The notes: generated by a model from the letters alone, not told the origin. A stretch of DNA of 64,000 nt from Candidatus Micrarchaeum sp. (GCA_020723065.1 DYJP01000004.1:1041-65040), one strand, 5' to 3'; positions 29,380-40,367 are shown, numbered from the stretch's first letter. Numbers and translations: made by a program.

Positions 29380-29754
29380 TCATTTTTTCTTTTTGACTGT
29401 GAGCATAACACCAGGTATCAGGAAAAGCATTCCAAGAACTGTGACCACTGAAACCTGTTTCAACATGAGAACGGAGGTTAGCGCAGCCGCAAGTCCTGGA
29501 AGTACGAAGAACAGTGGGTTGGCTATTTTGTATTCTTCTATTATATGATTGGCTATCAACGCCATCGTCAAAGAGGCGAAGAAAAGGAAGCCTATTACAT
29601 TGATGCTCAGGTCAGCCAGTGAGAACAGGTTGAGCAAGTATCCCACTAGGAGCACCATCACTATGACATTCGCTGACAATAAAACAAATTTCATCTGATC
29701 ACTTGAGAAAACTGAATTCATTGGAACCAGAATTCCGTCTATAATAATATACAC
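29380..29754 (-). CDS. Small membrane protein (4 TM).
   Basis: Hydrophobic 124-aa ORF. Confidence 0.4.
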   Translation of the reverse strand: MYIIIDGILVPMNSVFSSDQMKFVLLSANVIVMVLLVGYLLNLFSLADLSINVIGFLFFASLTMALIANHIIEEYKIANPLFFVLPGLAAALTSVLMLKQVSVVTVLGMLFLIPGVMLTVKKKK

Positions 29755-29843
29755 AAAAGGTTATTTAAGCTAACGATATATAATATAGTTATTGATTTTT
29801 AGGTAGATTTTTCTGGAGAATATCCTGTTTTGCGGTAGATTTT

Positions 29844-30824
29844 ATGGTTTTAAACGAATTCACTCCTTGGGTGGAACTTTACCGGCCGAAGAAGCTTGAG
29901 GATATAGTTGGTCAGAAAGAAGTTGTATCCAAGCTGGCCGAATATGCAAAATCACTCAACATGCCTCACTTAATGTTCGCCGGGCCGGCTGGAACCGGAA
30001 AGACGACAGCTGCAATTGCATTGGCGAGATGTCTTTATGGTGACGATTACAGGCACAACATTCTTGAGCTCAATGCAAGCGATGCAAGGGGGATAGACGT
30101 GGTCAGAGGCCAGATAAAAGATTTCGCGAGATCCGCCCCAATGAGCGGAGCCCCTTTCAAGATTATTTTCTTGGATGAAGCCGACGCTTTGACTCCGGAA
30201 GCGCAGCAGGCTCTCAGAAGGACTATGGAAATGTATTCATCTTCAACCAGGTTCATTTTGAGCTGCAACTGGTCTGGTAAGATAATAGAGCCAATTCAGA
30301 GTAGGTGTGCAGTATTCAGGTTCAAGCCTCTTACGAAAGAAGAGGTGAAGGGCGCAGTTAATAAGATTGCCAAGAGCGAGTCTCTTGAAATCACAGAAAA
30401 GGCTATAGATTCATTAATAGACGTCTCAGAAGGCGATATGAGAAAGGCGATAAATATACTGCAATCCTTGTCTCTTACTTCAAAGAATATAGATGAGAAT
30501 GCAGTATACTCTTTTGTTTCAGTGGCAAAGCCAATGGATATTGGAAGAATGGTGGACTATGCTTTTGCAGGAAGGTTCATGGATGCAAGGAACCTGCTTT
30601 TCGAGCTTTTAATAAATCAAGGAATAAATGGTTCCGATATCATTATGGCAATTCACAAGGATATAATAAACAGGAAATCCCTTACCATTCAGCAGAAGGT
30701 GAAGCTGGTGGACAGGATAGGTGAGTTCGACTTCAGGATGGTAGAGGGAGCGGACGAAAGGATTCAGCTCGAGGCTCTGCTTGCATATCTTTCAGCCACT
30801 GCGTTTGAAGAGCCGAAGCAGTAA
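29844..30824 (+). CDS. rfcS: Replication factor C small subunit.
   Basis: WVELYRPKKLEDIVGQ, AGPAGTGKTT, DEAD box FLDEADAL and SRC motif SRCAVFRF. Confidence 0.9.
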   Translation: MVLNEFTPWVELYRPKKLEDIVGQKEVVSKLAEYAKSLNMPHLMFAGPAGTGKTTAAIALARCLYGDDYRHNILELNASDARGIDVVRGQIKDFARSAPMSGAPFKIIFLDEADALTPEAQQALRRTMEMYSSSTRFILSCNWSGKIIEPIQSRCAVFRFKPLTKEEVKGAVNKIAKSESLEITEKAIDSLIDVSEGDMRKAINILQSLSLTSKNIDENAVYSFVSVAKPMDIGRMVDYAFAGRFMDARNLLFELLINQGINGSDIIMAIHKDIINRKSLTIQQKVKLVDRIGEFDFRMVEGADERIQLEALLAYLSATAFEEPKQ

Positions 30825-30937
30825 TCAACAGTTCTTTAGTGCTATGCTATTTCTTTTGACAATCTATTTCCATTGGAAGGGATTAATAGTAAACTATTTA
30901 AACCTAGAATTTCAATATTAATAAGGCAGAAAAATAG

Positions 30938-31765
30938 TTGACCAAGAGGCAAGAACGATACAGATGTTCATCAGAATCAAGAGGTAATCAAATGGCGACC
31001 CCAGGTTTCATCAATGATGAAGAGAAGCAGGTTTCATTCGATCCGTCTTCAATAGACCAGATCGAGCAGCTTGTTCACAAGCCTACTTGGAGAGAGATGC
31101 TTGTCGAGATTGTGGATTCGAATAATCTTGATCCTTGGAACATAGATATATCTATAGTCACAAGCGGCTATATGGAGAAAATAAAGAGCATGAAGATCAA
31201 TGATCTTCATATTCCCGCAAATGTAATATTGGCTGCGTCTATTTTACTCAGATTCAAGGCACAGGCCTTTGAATTCGAGGAGGAACAGCTGCAGATGGAA
31301 GAAGCTTATTATGAGGAGCCGTTAGAGATGCCATCAATGGAAATGCTCCAGCTTAGGATGAGGATGCAGCCTAAACGATCGATAACGCTTCCAGATCTTA
31401 TAACTGCCCTTGAAGATGCAATAAAGATAGAAGTTAAGAGGGAAAAGAATAAGATAATTGTGCCAGCGGTGCTTGAGTTTAAGCCTCCGGAATATGACAT
31501 AGAGAAGGAGACAAAGAAAGTTTATGATGCTATTTTAGAGAATGTTGACGAGAACGGAATGGTGGTCTTTTCAGAGCTTCTTAAGATGATGGGTAAGAAG
31601 GGGTCGAGAGATACAGTTCTTACGCTTCTTCCACTTCTACATTTGTGCCAGAAAAGCAAAGTAATGGTCTCACAAGATGAATATTTCGGGGAGATTATGA
31701 TTCAGAAACTTGATTCAGCTCCATTGGAAGACGAGGAAGGGGCAGAGCAGGGTGAAGCTGAATGA
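30938..31765 (+). CDS. scpA: Segregation and condensation protein A (kleisin).
   Basis: N-terminal kleisin signature (LVEIVDSNNLDPWNIDISIVTSGYMEKI...ILAASILLRFKA). Confidence 0.7.
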   Translation: MTKRQERYRCSSESRGNQMATPGFINDEEKQVSFDPSSIDQIEQLVHKPTWREMLVEIVDSNNLDPWNIDISIVTSGYMEKIKSMKINDLHIPANVILAASILLRFKAQAFEFEEEQLQMEEAYYEEPLEMPSMEMLQLRMRMQPKRSITLPDLITALEDAIKIEVKREKNKIIVPAVLEFKPPEYDIEKETKKVYDAILENVDENGMVVFSELLKMMGKKGSRDTVLTLLPLLHLCQKSKVMVSQDEYFGEIMIQKLDSAPLEDEEGAEQGEAE

Positions 31766-32349
31766 ATCCGGAAGAGATCCAAGTTTCAGAGCAAAATATC
31801 CAGGGAGCGGTTCCCGAAATTCAGGCAAAGGAAACAGTTCAAGCGACCATAACTTCCGACTCAAATGTCCAGAACCTGGAGCAGAAGATAGAGGCTATTC
31901 TTTTCATGGCCGCCAAAGCGGTTTCGGTCTATGATCTCCAGAAACTGACTGGTGCGGATCTTTATTCCATAAAGCAAGCTATTTCCAATCTTCAGCATTG
32001 GTATGCTTCACGGACAAGTTGGCTTGAGATAATCAAAGTTGACAAAAGTTACATTATGAGGCTCAAGCCAGAGAGAACAGAGTCTGTAAGCTCATTTGTG
32101 CAAGAGACGGAGATTTCAAGAAGAGGCCTTAGGGTTCTTGCAGTGGTGGCAAAGAATGACGGAGTTCTTCAGTCTAAAGTGGTCAAGATGCTCGGACCTT
32201 CAGTCTATGATGGAGTGAAGGAATTGACCCAGAAAGGCTATATCAACACCGAGATGAGGGGTCATTCCAAGATTCTCAAGCTCACGCAGAAGTTCAAAAC
32301 CTATTTCGGAGAGATTCCGGTTGCATCAAAGGAATCAGAGAAGAAGTAG
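31762..32349 (+). CDS. scpB: Segregation and condensation protein B.
   Basis: IEAILFMAAKAVSVYDL winged-helix signature. 4-bp overlap with scpA. Confidence 0.7.
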   Translation: MNPEEIQVSEQNIQGAVPEIQAKETVQATITSDSNVQNLEQKIEAILFMAAKAVSVYDLQKLTGADLYSIKQAISNLQHWYASRTSWLEIIKVDKSYIMRLKPERTESVSSFVQETEISRRGLRVLAVVAKNDGVLQSKVVKMLGPSVYDGVKELTQKGYINTEMRGHSKILKLTQKFKTYFGEIPVASKESEKK

Positions 32350-32441
32350 ATCCTTCTGTGTTTTTTTATCTATTTTGGCTTAAAAATTTGCACTAGTTTT
32401 TTTAGATATAAAAAAAAGCTAAAATAAAAAGAAAAAAAGGA

Positions 32442-32894
32442 TTAACCAAATGATCCAGTTATTGTACCGCTTGACTGATACTGGGAGTTTGTGTTAAGGT
32501 CCGTGTATGTTATGTACATCTGGATTGAATAGCTTGAACCTGCTGCAACGTCAGCCACCGTTCCCAATATGATTGTTGGAGATGTCTGTCCGTTTGCTAT
32601 CGTGGTGTTGACTGCGGAGTTTATTCCGGTCACGCCATGGTACGTCCAGGAAATTTTATCCACTCTGATGTCAGAGCCAACTTTATTTGTGAGTTGTGCA
32701 GTAAAGTTTCCAGTATTTGTAACTCTCCATGCTGTTACTCCAATTTGCGCGAAACCTGTCGCTCTTGAACCTAGGAAGGATCCAATGTCGAAGATTTCGA
32801 GTGTGAATAATGCACCGACAACCAAAACAATAAGCAAGAGCGCCCATCCATGGGTCATCAGAAAGTTTAATGCAGTTTGTCCTTTCATTACCAT
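32442..32894 (-). CDS. Archaeal type IV pilin-like protein (class III signal peptide).
   Basis: MVMKGQ|TALNFLMTHGWALLLIVLVV carries a prepilin peptidase site KG/Q followed by a hydrophobic helix. The rest is T/S/N-rich and beta-rich. Confidence 0.7.
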   Translation of the reverse strand: MVMKGQTALNFLMTHGWALLLIVLVVGALFTLEIFDIGSFLGSRATGFAQIGVTAWRVTNTGNFTAQLTNKVGSDIRVDKISWTYHGVTGINSAVNTTIANGQTSPTIILGTVADVAAGSSYSIQMYITYTDLNTNSQYQSSGTITGSFG

Positions 32895-33113
32895 ATTTGC
32901 ACCTTTATATTATTCGCATTTAAGTGAATTAATCATTAATTGGTATAGAGAACAATCTGTTCCTACTCCTTTGAATTAGATTATATTGAAAGAAGGTATT
33001 TATATATTTCTCTCGTCTCGATTACAGGTGGCAGGTCTTAAAATGCAGGAATACTCTTAAACGAAAGGTATAAATAAAGAAAAGCGCCTATAATAGCCAT
33101 CAAGATATTTGAG

Positions 33114-33371
33114 ATGTATGATATGGATTATCGTGGCCGCAGATTTCAGCGGAGAAGATTCTCTACGGGCGTTTATGGCGGGTCGACAATGAAAGTAAAG
33201 AGCACTAAAGTGAAGACTTCCTTTCAACAGAGGAATGTTTCAGAGCAGATAATGATAATAAAAGGCTTTGATGAATTTATAAACGTCAAAATAGGTGACA
33301 CAGTCAAGATAGGTCCGGGGATATATATGGTAATGGAATATAACCCGAAGAAAGTATGGCATAAGAATTGA
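33114..33371 (+). CDS. Hypothetical basic small protein.
   Basis: ORF only. Confidence 0.3.
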   Translation: MYDMDYRGRRFQRRRFSTGVYGGSTMKVKSTKVKTSFQQRNVSEQIMIIKGFDEFINVKIGDTVKIGPGIYMVMEYNPKKVWHKN

Positions 33372-33431
33372 AAGTGCCAAAATAATGGCTTCTGTCAATG
33401 CAAGTTAATTAGGGGAGAAGTCATTCGAGAT

Positions 33432-33692
33432 TTGAAAAGTGTGTCTAGCAAGGACCCGCAAACTGGGGAAACGCTCATCGAAATCTGTTCGGAAACTTTC
33501 AGCCACTTCTACATTCCTTACTACAAGAGGAAGAAACTTGAAGAGGAGAAGAGAAGAAATCTTCAGGAGCAGATTCAGAGAGAAAAAGACCGAATTCGGG
33601 CTGAAATGGAGAGAAGAGAAAAAGAAAGAAAGGAAAGGGAAAGAGCGAGAGTTTTTAACCACATAAAGGGGCTGGACAAGTTCAAAAGATAA
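33432..33692 (+). CDS. Hypothetical highly charged (E/K/R) coiled-coil small protein.
   Basis: ORF only. Overlapping ORFs on both strands. Low complexity. Confidence 0.25.
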   Translation: MKSVSSKDPQTGETLIEICSETFSHFYIPYYKRKKLEEEKRRNLQEQIQREKDRIRAEMERREKERKERERARVFNHIKGLDKFKR

Positions 33693-34759
33693 TCTTATTC
33701 TTGTTTTTCAACATGGTTAGCGTGAGCGTTTAGAATTGGACACTATGTTTCAGCAGTTTTGAGAGAATAACACCTTGAGAACACCAGCTATTGATTTCCG
33801 CTTGTCTCTTGAAGACGACTTTACTTTTGCAATCGGAGCAACTTTGTTCCTTGCCTTGACTATAGACTTGATGTGGGTGATTATATTATTAAAATCTCCA
33901 TCTATCTTGTCGTAATCGTCTTTGTCGTAAGCAGTCTGCATTTTTGTCTGTTTATGTCGTCAATGGGCCATATTCTTTTTGCATCGGTTTCATGTCTTTC
34001 TTGATTATCTCCCCCCATTTTCTATAGGACAGTCTGCCAGTTGATTCCTTCTTGGAGCGAATCGTTGATGAATGAGGAGATGACGTTTTTCGTTTCGAAT
34101 TTCCGTTCCAGCGAGATTGCATCGATATTCACGTTGGACGAGATGGGTCACAGTCATGAAGAAATAAATATTGAGGCGTAGAATATGAACTCTATGGTGT
34201 CCTGCGCTTTCATTTGATCAACTTGGGAACTAAGACGTCTTTATTTGCATCGTGCCGTAATCATCAACCGAAAGGATGACTTTTTGAAGTCCGGTTGTTC
34301 TGGGATTTGTTCCGTTCAGTTGACCATTCGAGTTGGTATATAAGTCGTTGTTGCCTCAGTCATCTCAATCCTGATTAGGATGCGGTTGCCGGAGATATCA
34401 AGCTCCTTGACGTTACCCAGCATGACCACCTCAATTGAGAACTTGGCTTCCAGTCCATGGAATAAACAAGTTCCGGACTTCACGATCCTTTTGACCTTGT
34501 CTTGAGCTTGGATCTGCCTGATTGTGTCGACAGACATCAGAATAGACATAAAGAACATATACAAACAACAAAAGTGATCCTTATTGCAGTAACGAAAAGC
34601 TACTCTGTGGAAACCTGTTTCTTTTTTTGATTTGAAGCAGGGATTATCGCCGTATTTTTATTCATTGGTCCCTCTGTATATCTATTGATATCATTTTAAA
34701 AAGCATTTGCATTAGGAAAATCGAATGCAAAAAAAGTTCCTTTGTTTTTCCAAAGCAGC

Positions 34760-35755
34760 TTAAAGTGAAATTCCGCCGAACAGACTATCTATTATGTATC
34801 TTCCTATGTAGAAGACACCTAGCGAAACGAGCAGGAATGGAAGAATGTATCTTATAAAATTCGTCTTCTTTCCCGTCTGTATGGTGGATATGATCATTGT
34901 TGCGATTATGCTTGTTAGAACGACTATCGTGACTGCGAAAAGGTTGAATTCAGCAGAAGTGATCGCAGGTGTTGTCGGGTTTATCTGGGAATATTGACTT
35001 ATAGCTATGCTTGCTACCGGCTTTGTCACCCAGAGCTTCTCGAACAGACTGATGAGTTTGCTTGAGACAACATAAAGGAACGGCGCGCCCACCGCTGCGC
35101 TGAATCCTATGAATATCGAATACATCACCATAGAAGCGCTCACTTCCTTGTGGATTAGTTGCTGGTTCCTTAGATCCATTGCGGTCTTTTCAAGTATTCC
35201 CGCAATTTCACCACCGGACTCTATCCCTTCCTTGATTAGTTCTACTGTCCTGTCAAGGTATCTGGAGTTGAACCTTTCCGCAAGCTTGTCGAGAGCTTCG
35301 TTTATAGTCTCTCCACCGAATATTCTCTTGGAAGTCACTTCTATTTCTTTTGAAAGAAGTCCGAATTCCGGCTTCGCGGCATACCACAGAGCCCGTTCTA
35401 TCTGCATTCCAGCTCTGACGTTTGCAGCCGCGAGCTGAAGGAAGTCAGGAAGAACAGCATCAACTTCTCGTTTTCTCTCATCGATTTTGAGCTCAAGATA
35501 CTGGTAAAGCACCCCTATAAGCAGGACGGATACGATAACAGTTCCGATCACGATTGTAATCAGTTGCTTCATGAATATGACTGAAAGCAATAGTGAAACT
35601 AGGACAGCACCGGTAAGGTAGATTATAGTGAGGCCCGAAAGGTACTCGGCATCCATATCTATTCCGGCTTCTGCTGCGCGCTTGCCTATTTTCTTTACAT
35701 TTTCCCTTTCGATGAGCCTTCCTATTGTTTCAATTTGCTTTTCAAGCGGCAACAT
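34760..35755 (-). CDS. Type II secretion system F-domain membrane protein (FlaJ/TadC-like).
   Basis: T2SSF domain (LAAANVRAGMQIERAL...LAERFNSRYLDRTVELIKEGIESGGEIAGIL) plus TM helices. Confidence 0.75.
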   Translation of the reverse strand: MLPLEKQIETIGRLIERENVKKIGKRAAEAGIDMDAEYLSGLTIIYLTGAVLVSLLLSVIFMKQLITIVIGTVIVSVLLIGVLYQYLELKIDERKREVDAVLPDFLQLAAANVRAGMQIERALWYAAKPEFGLLSKEIEVTSKRIFGGETINEALDKLAERFNSRYLDRTVELIKEGIESGGEIAGILEKTAMDLRNQQLIHKEVSASMVMYSIFIGFSAAVGAPFLYVVSSKLISLFEKLWVTKPVASIAISQYSQINPTTPAITSAEFNLFAVTIVVLTSIIATMIISTIQTGKKTNFIRYILPFLLVSLGVFYIGRYIIDSLFGGISL

Positions 35756-35779
35756 GTTTATCCTCTTATATTAATTATA

Positions 35780-36667
35780 TTAAACATCATAGCTTGGCCT
35801 ACTCAATTCTATGTAGGTCAAGAATGAATACTGTATTATTGCGATTATTGGAACGAGCGCCCATACATTGGTGCCGGAAAGGCTAACGCCTGCAAATGAA
35901 AGGAGGAGTATTCCTATACTTATTCCAAGGGACGGAAAGATTATACCCATGACAAGATAGAACATTACAAGTGGATTCAGCTTCTGGCCGTATTCTTTGA
36001 TGTCTATGACTTGTTCCTTGGAAATCTGTTCGAGAACCACTTCTAATGAGTTTGCAACATCCGCTCCGGACCTTACAGAGTTTATTATCTGAAGTATTAT
36101 CCTCTTGAATGAAGGCGAAGGGCAGTCTTCTATGACGTCCTGCATCGCAGTGTCGAGCGGGACCCCTACGAAGACCTTCTCCACTATCTTGTTGAATTCC
36201 TTGCTCACTTCTCCGTAGTTGCTCTTGGAGATTGCGACCATGGAATCGAAAAGTGGGAGCCCTCCTTTCAGGGCTATCCAGATGTGTCTTCCTGCGAATA
36301 GGAGGTCTTTGTCTATCATTCTTTTCCTCTTTGATGCAAGAGCTTTCGGTTCCTGTATGAACAGAAATAGAGAAAATGGTATGTAAAGAAGTATGAGCGG
36401 AAATATTAGGAGCTTGTTGACTCCCTGTATGTCGAATAAAATATATGTGAATATTATGAGAGCCAGGGCCATTGCAGCGGCCTTGATTACTGCCTTTTCC
36501 ACGAACTCATCTGTAGTCTGAGTCATGTCGGCTTCCTTGATTTTCTTTTCAAGCCAGGTGAATCTGCCTTTTACTGTTGTTATTATTTTTTTCTTGAATT
36601 CGTTTGGCTTTCTTTCAGTTATTTCCTGGTCCTTATCTTCAAGTTTTTTTTCTTCCATAAGTTTCAC
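35780..36667 (-). CDS. Type II secretion system F-domain membrane protein (FlaJ/TadB-like). Second half of a split platform protein.
   Basis: T2SSF domain (FAGRHIWIALKGGLPLFDSMVAI...ILQIINSVRSGADVANSLE) plus TM helices. Confidence 0.75.
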   Translation of the reverse strand: MKLMEEKKLEDKDQEITERKPNEFKKKIITTVKGRFTWLEKKIKEADMTQTTDEFVEKAVIKAAAMALALIIFTYILFDIQGVNKLLIFPLILLYIPFSLFLFIQEPKALASKRKRMIDKDLLFAGRHIWIALKGGLPLFDSMVAISKSNYGEVSKEFNKIVEKVFVGVPLDTAMQDVIEDCPSPSFKRIILQIINSVRSGADVANSLEVVLEQISKEQVIDIKEYGQKLNPLVMFYLVMGIIFPSLGISIGILLLSFAGVSLSGTNVWALVPIIAIIQYSFLTYIELSRPSYDV

Positions 36668-36703
36668 GTAAGATATTGATAAACTGTTAATAATATTATA
36701 ACT

Positions 36704-36919
36704 TTATCTTTTTTTTAATCTTTTTATAAGACTTATCCTGTTGAACTCGGCCATCGCTTCATTGAAATCCATACTTATGATTTCTATCTGGCCGCCTTCC
36801 GCCTCCGGTATATTAGGGATTACATCTTTCTTCTGCATTTCCATTTGCCTTATTTCCTTCACCATTTCCGGGAAGTTTTTTCTTATTGTAGATATCCCTG
36901 CATTTTCCATGCCAACCAT
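36704..36919 (-). CDS. Small hypothetical protein between the pilus ATPase and the platform genes.
   Basis: ORF in operon context. Confidence 0.3.
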   Translation of the reverse strand: MVGMENAGISTIRKNFPEMVKEIRQMEMQKKDVIPNIPEAEGGQIEIISMDFNEAMAEFNRISLIKRLKKR

Positions 36920-36925
36920 TCCTTA

Positions 36926-38563
36926 TCAGTATGACCAATCCTTGTTCGCTTCCGCGAACTTCATAATGTCTTCAGGTGTGCGATAGTATTCCGCAGTTAT
37001 CCTTCCTACTGTGTTTATATCGAAGTATTTCTTAGATACCATCCATTTGAGTATTCTTGTTTTGTCAAGCAGGTCGGTCTTCATCTCCTTTACGCTCATT
37101 CCAGTATAAAGTGCAAGCGTTTCTCCTAGCCTTGTTATCGTTCCCGCTTCCTTTATCAAGTCGGATCTCGGGTCCCATCTATAGACAACATTAGACTTAC
37201 CTTCATTTGTAATTTCCGCGAATTCAAAAGTTCTTCTGATTCCGCTTCTCCTATTCCTGTACTGGACTATGATTCCTCCCAGCGCAGGAAGAGATGATTG
37301 AGGGATGTTGACCGGCGGAGTCGTAAGTCTATTGACGCATTCCTCCGCATTGTCTGCGTGGAAAGTAGCATAAACTGAATGTCCTGTGTGCATGGCCTCG
37401 AAAAGCACCTCTGCTTCCCTCTGCCTCCTCACCTCTCCGACTATGATCCTATCCGGCCTCTGCCTTAGGGCGTTGACCATGAGGTCGAGCATTGTGACTT
37501 CTCCTTTTCCCTCTGGATTCGGTTCTCTTGTGGTCATTGCCACCCAGTGGAGGAAATCTGGAAGCGTAAGTTCTCTAGTGTCTTCTATGGAGATGATTCT
37601 CTGGTTCGGAGGTATCATGCATGCAACTGCGTTCAGGAAGGATGTTTTTCCTGAACCTGTTCCTCCGCTGCACATAAGCGATATTTCATTCTGTACGCAG
37701 AGCCATATCAGTGAAGCCACTTCCGGAGTGACCGTCTTGACATTTATGAGATAAGGAACGGTCCACGGATTCTTTGCAAATTTCCTTATGGATAGCGTAT
37801 TTCCGAATGTGGAGATTGGCGTAAGCGTTGCGTTGATCCTGTCCCCGTTTGCAAGATAGGCGTTCATGATTGGGTTGAGCACGTTTATCTGCCTTCCCAC
37901 CTTCCTACCTATCGTGGCTGCATATTCGTATACTGTGTCATCTCTTCTTATCCACAGGTTGGTGTTGCACCATCCGTGCTTCTTATGGTAGACTTGGATC
38001 GGTTCAGCAGGGCTATTGATCGCTATGTCCTCGAGGTTCTCGTCCGCCATTAGGATTTCTAATTCTCCAAGTCCAAGCGTGTGCTGCAATAAGTATGAAG
38101 TGAGGACTTTCCTTTTTTCGGGGGTTAGTCCGGAAAATTGTCTATCTAGGAGTTCATTTGCCTTTTGCTCGAATTTGATTTGTACATCCTTCATCTGCCT
38201 GGAATCGGTTAGCATGGCGATGTCTATCTTCACTTTCGTTATCAATTCTGCTTTAAGTGCGTTAAGGATGAGCTTTGTCCCTTCCGCTATGAGCGGGATT
38301 TGTATTACATACTGCGGAGTATAGTCAGCCTTGGTTTGAATTATTTTTACTTCGACAGGGATTCCCTGCGCGTTAAAGGAATAGGTGTCGGTTTCCATGA
38401 ATTTATTGTGTCTTTCCTTCGGCTCTTCATTCTTTTTATCTTCTTCGTGCTTCTTGTTGTTCTTTTGCTTCTCATCTTTTTGCTCTTCACTGCCCTCTAA
38501 GGCCTCCTTTATGATCATCAGTTCTTCTCTTAGCTTCTTGTCTTTGTCATTGTTTTCCTTCAC
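36926..38563 (-). CDS. Type IV pilus / archaellum assembly ATPase (FlaI/TadA/VirB11 family).
   Basis: Walker A is SGGTGSGKTS. Asp box is IISIEDTRELTL. Walker B is RIIVGEVRRQREAEVLFEAMHTGHSVYATFHA (His box). K/E-rich N-terminus. Confidence 0.85.
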   Translation of the reverse strand: MKENNDKDKKLREELMIIKEALEGSEEQKDEKQKNNKKHEEDKKNEEPKERHNKFMETDTYSFNAQGIPVEVKIIQTKADYTPQYVIQIPLIAEGTKLILNALKAELITKVKIDIAMLTDSRQMKDVQIKFEQKANELLDRQFSGLTPEKRKVLTSYLLQHTLGLGELEILMADENLEDIAINSPAEPIQVYHKKHGWCNTNLWIRRDDTVYEYAATIGRKVGRQINVLNPIMNAYLANGDRINATLTPISTFGNTLSIRKFAKNPWTVPYLINVKTVTPEVASLIWLCVQNEISLMCSGGTGSGKTSFLNAVACMIPPNQRIISIEDTRELTLPDFLHWVAMTTREPNPEGKGEVTMLDLMVNALRQRPDRIIVGEVRRQREAEVLFEAMHTGHSVYATFHADNAEECVNRLTTPPVNIPQSSLPALGGIIVQYRNRRSGIRRTFEFAEITNEGKSNVVYRWDPRSDLIKEAGTITRLGETLALYTGMSVKEMKTDLLDKTRILKWMVSKKYFDINTVGRITAEYYRTPEDIMKFAEANKDWSY

Positions 38564-38578
38564 TAAACCACCGATTCT

Positions 38579-38800
38579 TTAGCCGCTGATCCATTCTATA
38601 TAAACAGAAGCGAGTGTGTAGCTGATCTTGACCAGACCTTGGTTTTCGAGGATGTAGGACCAGTATTCGACCGTCTCCTCTGGTATGCCCATTAGTTTTG
38701 ATGCCTGCGCCATTTCTATTTTTTTCTTTTCGTAGAGGAGGCGCATGAATTTGTCTATTCCTGTAGTAATATATTCTTCGTTGATATTCACGTTTTCCAT
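38579..38800 (-). CDS. Small winged-helix/HTH protein, putative regulator at the head of the ATPase operon.
   Basis: 73 aa. QASKLMGIPEETVEYWSYILENQGLV has a helix-turn-helix pattern. Confidence 0.4.
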   Translation of the reverse strand: MENVNINEEYITTGIDKFMRLLYEKKKIEMAQASKLMGIPEETVEYWSYILENQGLVKISYTLASVYIEWISG

Positions 38801-38930
38801 CTGATCATCTTGTCTGTCGTTGTCTTTTTAATCTGCGTTTCCTTTCCAGGTGTTGCGTATATTCCTTTTATATTATATCATAATTTAGTAGTTCAATTTA
38901 TAAACTTTAATTATTGATTTATTTTGTGAT

Positions 38931-39722
38931 TTGATGGTCGAAGAAACTGTTCAGGGAGCGCAATCTGTTGAGCAGGGCTCACAGCCGATTGTGGCTTCAG
39001 CAGTAAACAATATCAATATTCAGTCCCTTTCAGGCATAGAGCGTACCATCTATCTTGAATACGGTTCAGACGGAGTTTTAGTGTTCAGACTTTCCAGCAG
39101 GAACATGAATGTAAGTGAAATATCTAAGGAATTGGCCCTTGAAGAAGAAAAGGTTCTGGAGCTCATAAACAAGATGAAGGGTAAATACCTTTACGTTGAG
39201 GAGCTAAAGATCGAAAAAGGAAGAGAGATTGTACCAACTGAGGCGAAGCAGGTTGTGGTTGTGGATGTTCCAAAGAAGATATCTGCAGGCAACATTTCTT
39301 CTGTTGCGCTCATATCAGAACTCACCATAAAATTCGGTCCAACTGCGAAGAAAATATTTGAAATGATTGACGGAAAGATGGACGTGCTCCAATTGGCAGC
39401 GACAAATCTTGTAAGCCTTGATTATGTAGACAATCTCATGTGGGTGCTTGCAGACAAGAAAGCGGTGTCTTTTGTCAGGCTTTACGAAGAAGACATAAAG
39501 AAGAAATACGGTTCAATGTGCTTCAATATTTTCAATCAGTACGGAAGGGAAGGGATATTCCTTTATCAGCTACTTGACAAGACGGCGGATCCGATTACCG
39601 CGATAAAATATTCAGAGATAGAACCTTCAATTGCAGTGGAGATAATGGACTATATCCTTAAAGCAATAAATGCTCCGATTTCATTCAACAAAAAGGACGC
39701 CTTGACTTTGATCAAGAGATAA
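38931..39722 (+). CDS. Hypothetical protein (263 aa).
   Basis: ORF with coding-like composition. No motif recognised. Confidence 0.4.
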   Translation: MMVEETVQGAQSVEQGSQPIVASAVNNINIQSLSGIERTIYLEYGSDGVLVFRLSSRNMNVSEISKELALEEEKVLELINKMKGKYLYVEELKIEKGREIVPTEAKQVVVVDVPKKISAGNISSVALISELTIKFGPTAKKIFEMIDGKMDVLQLAATNLVSLDYVDNLMWVLADKKAVSFVRLYEEDIKKKYGSMCFNIFNQYGREGIFLYQLLDKTADPITAIKYSEIEPSIAVEIMDYILKAINAPISFNKKDALTLIKR

Positions 39723-39730
39723 ATTACCTG

Positions 39731-40159
39731 TTATTCGTTTATTTCCGACTCAACCATTTTTCTTATCTCTTCAGAATCATCCTTCTGCTTCCAAGTAATT
39801 GTTTTTGCTTTAAACAGGCACTTGACTTCTTTTTCGCTTATTTTAACTTTGTCTGTCCGATATGCCGCGATTATCTTTTCCGGATTCTTTATGCCGACAA
39901 TTAAGATCGCCTCGCTTATCTGCCTTGTTCCTGCCAGCTTTGAGAGGATTTCTAAAGATTCACTTTTGCTTATGTTTCTTTTTTCCTTGAATGCAAGGTC
40001 AGCGTGCAGGAAGGCGAGTCTTATCTGAAGCTCGCTTTTGATAGAATCCAGGTCAAAAATGTGGATGTTGTGACTTTTGGAGATTTCGAGTAGGTCATGT
40101 TTTGAAAGAGCACTTTTCAGCGGCAGTATTCTTATCTCAAATTTATGTTCATTTTGCAT
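39731..40159 (-). CDS. cgi121: KEOPS complex subunit Cgi121.
   Basis: 142 aa. SLEILSKLAGTRQISEAILIVGIKNPEKIIAAY matches archaeal Cgi121 (EIL..ASGQRQIHEAIKIIGAKDGNVCLIC). Confidence 0.6.
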   Translation of the reverse strand: MQNEHKFEIRILPLKSALSKHDLLEISKSHNIHIFDLDSIKSELQIRLAFLHADLAFKEKRNISKSESLEILSKLAGTRQISEAILIVGIKNPEKIIAAYRTDKVKISEKEVKCLFKAKTITWKQKDDSEEIRKMVESEINE

Positions 40160-40367
40160 CGTTTATCCCTTCGGCTCTTTCCTACTATTCCGATTCATCT
40201 GGCAATTGATTACTAAATCCAAACAAAAAACATTTAAATTATAATGTATATATAATTATCAGAATTTTGAATGATAATGCATTGTAAGGTTTGGGATTTT
40301 CTAATCCTGGAAATTGCCTTATCTCAATTCTTGAGTTCTGAATATACTACAAATTGACGGTGAAATT

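Noticed and set aside
33405-33692. Three overlapping ORFs on both strands over a charged low-complexity stretch.
   Set aside because: A purine-rich repetitive sequence yields ORFs in several frames. I kept at most one plus-strand call at low confidence.
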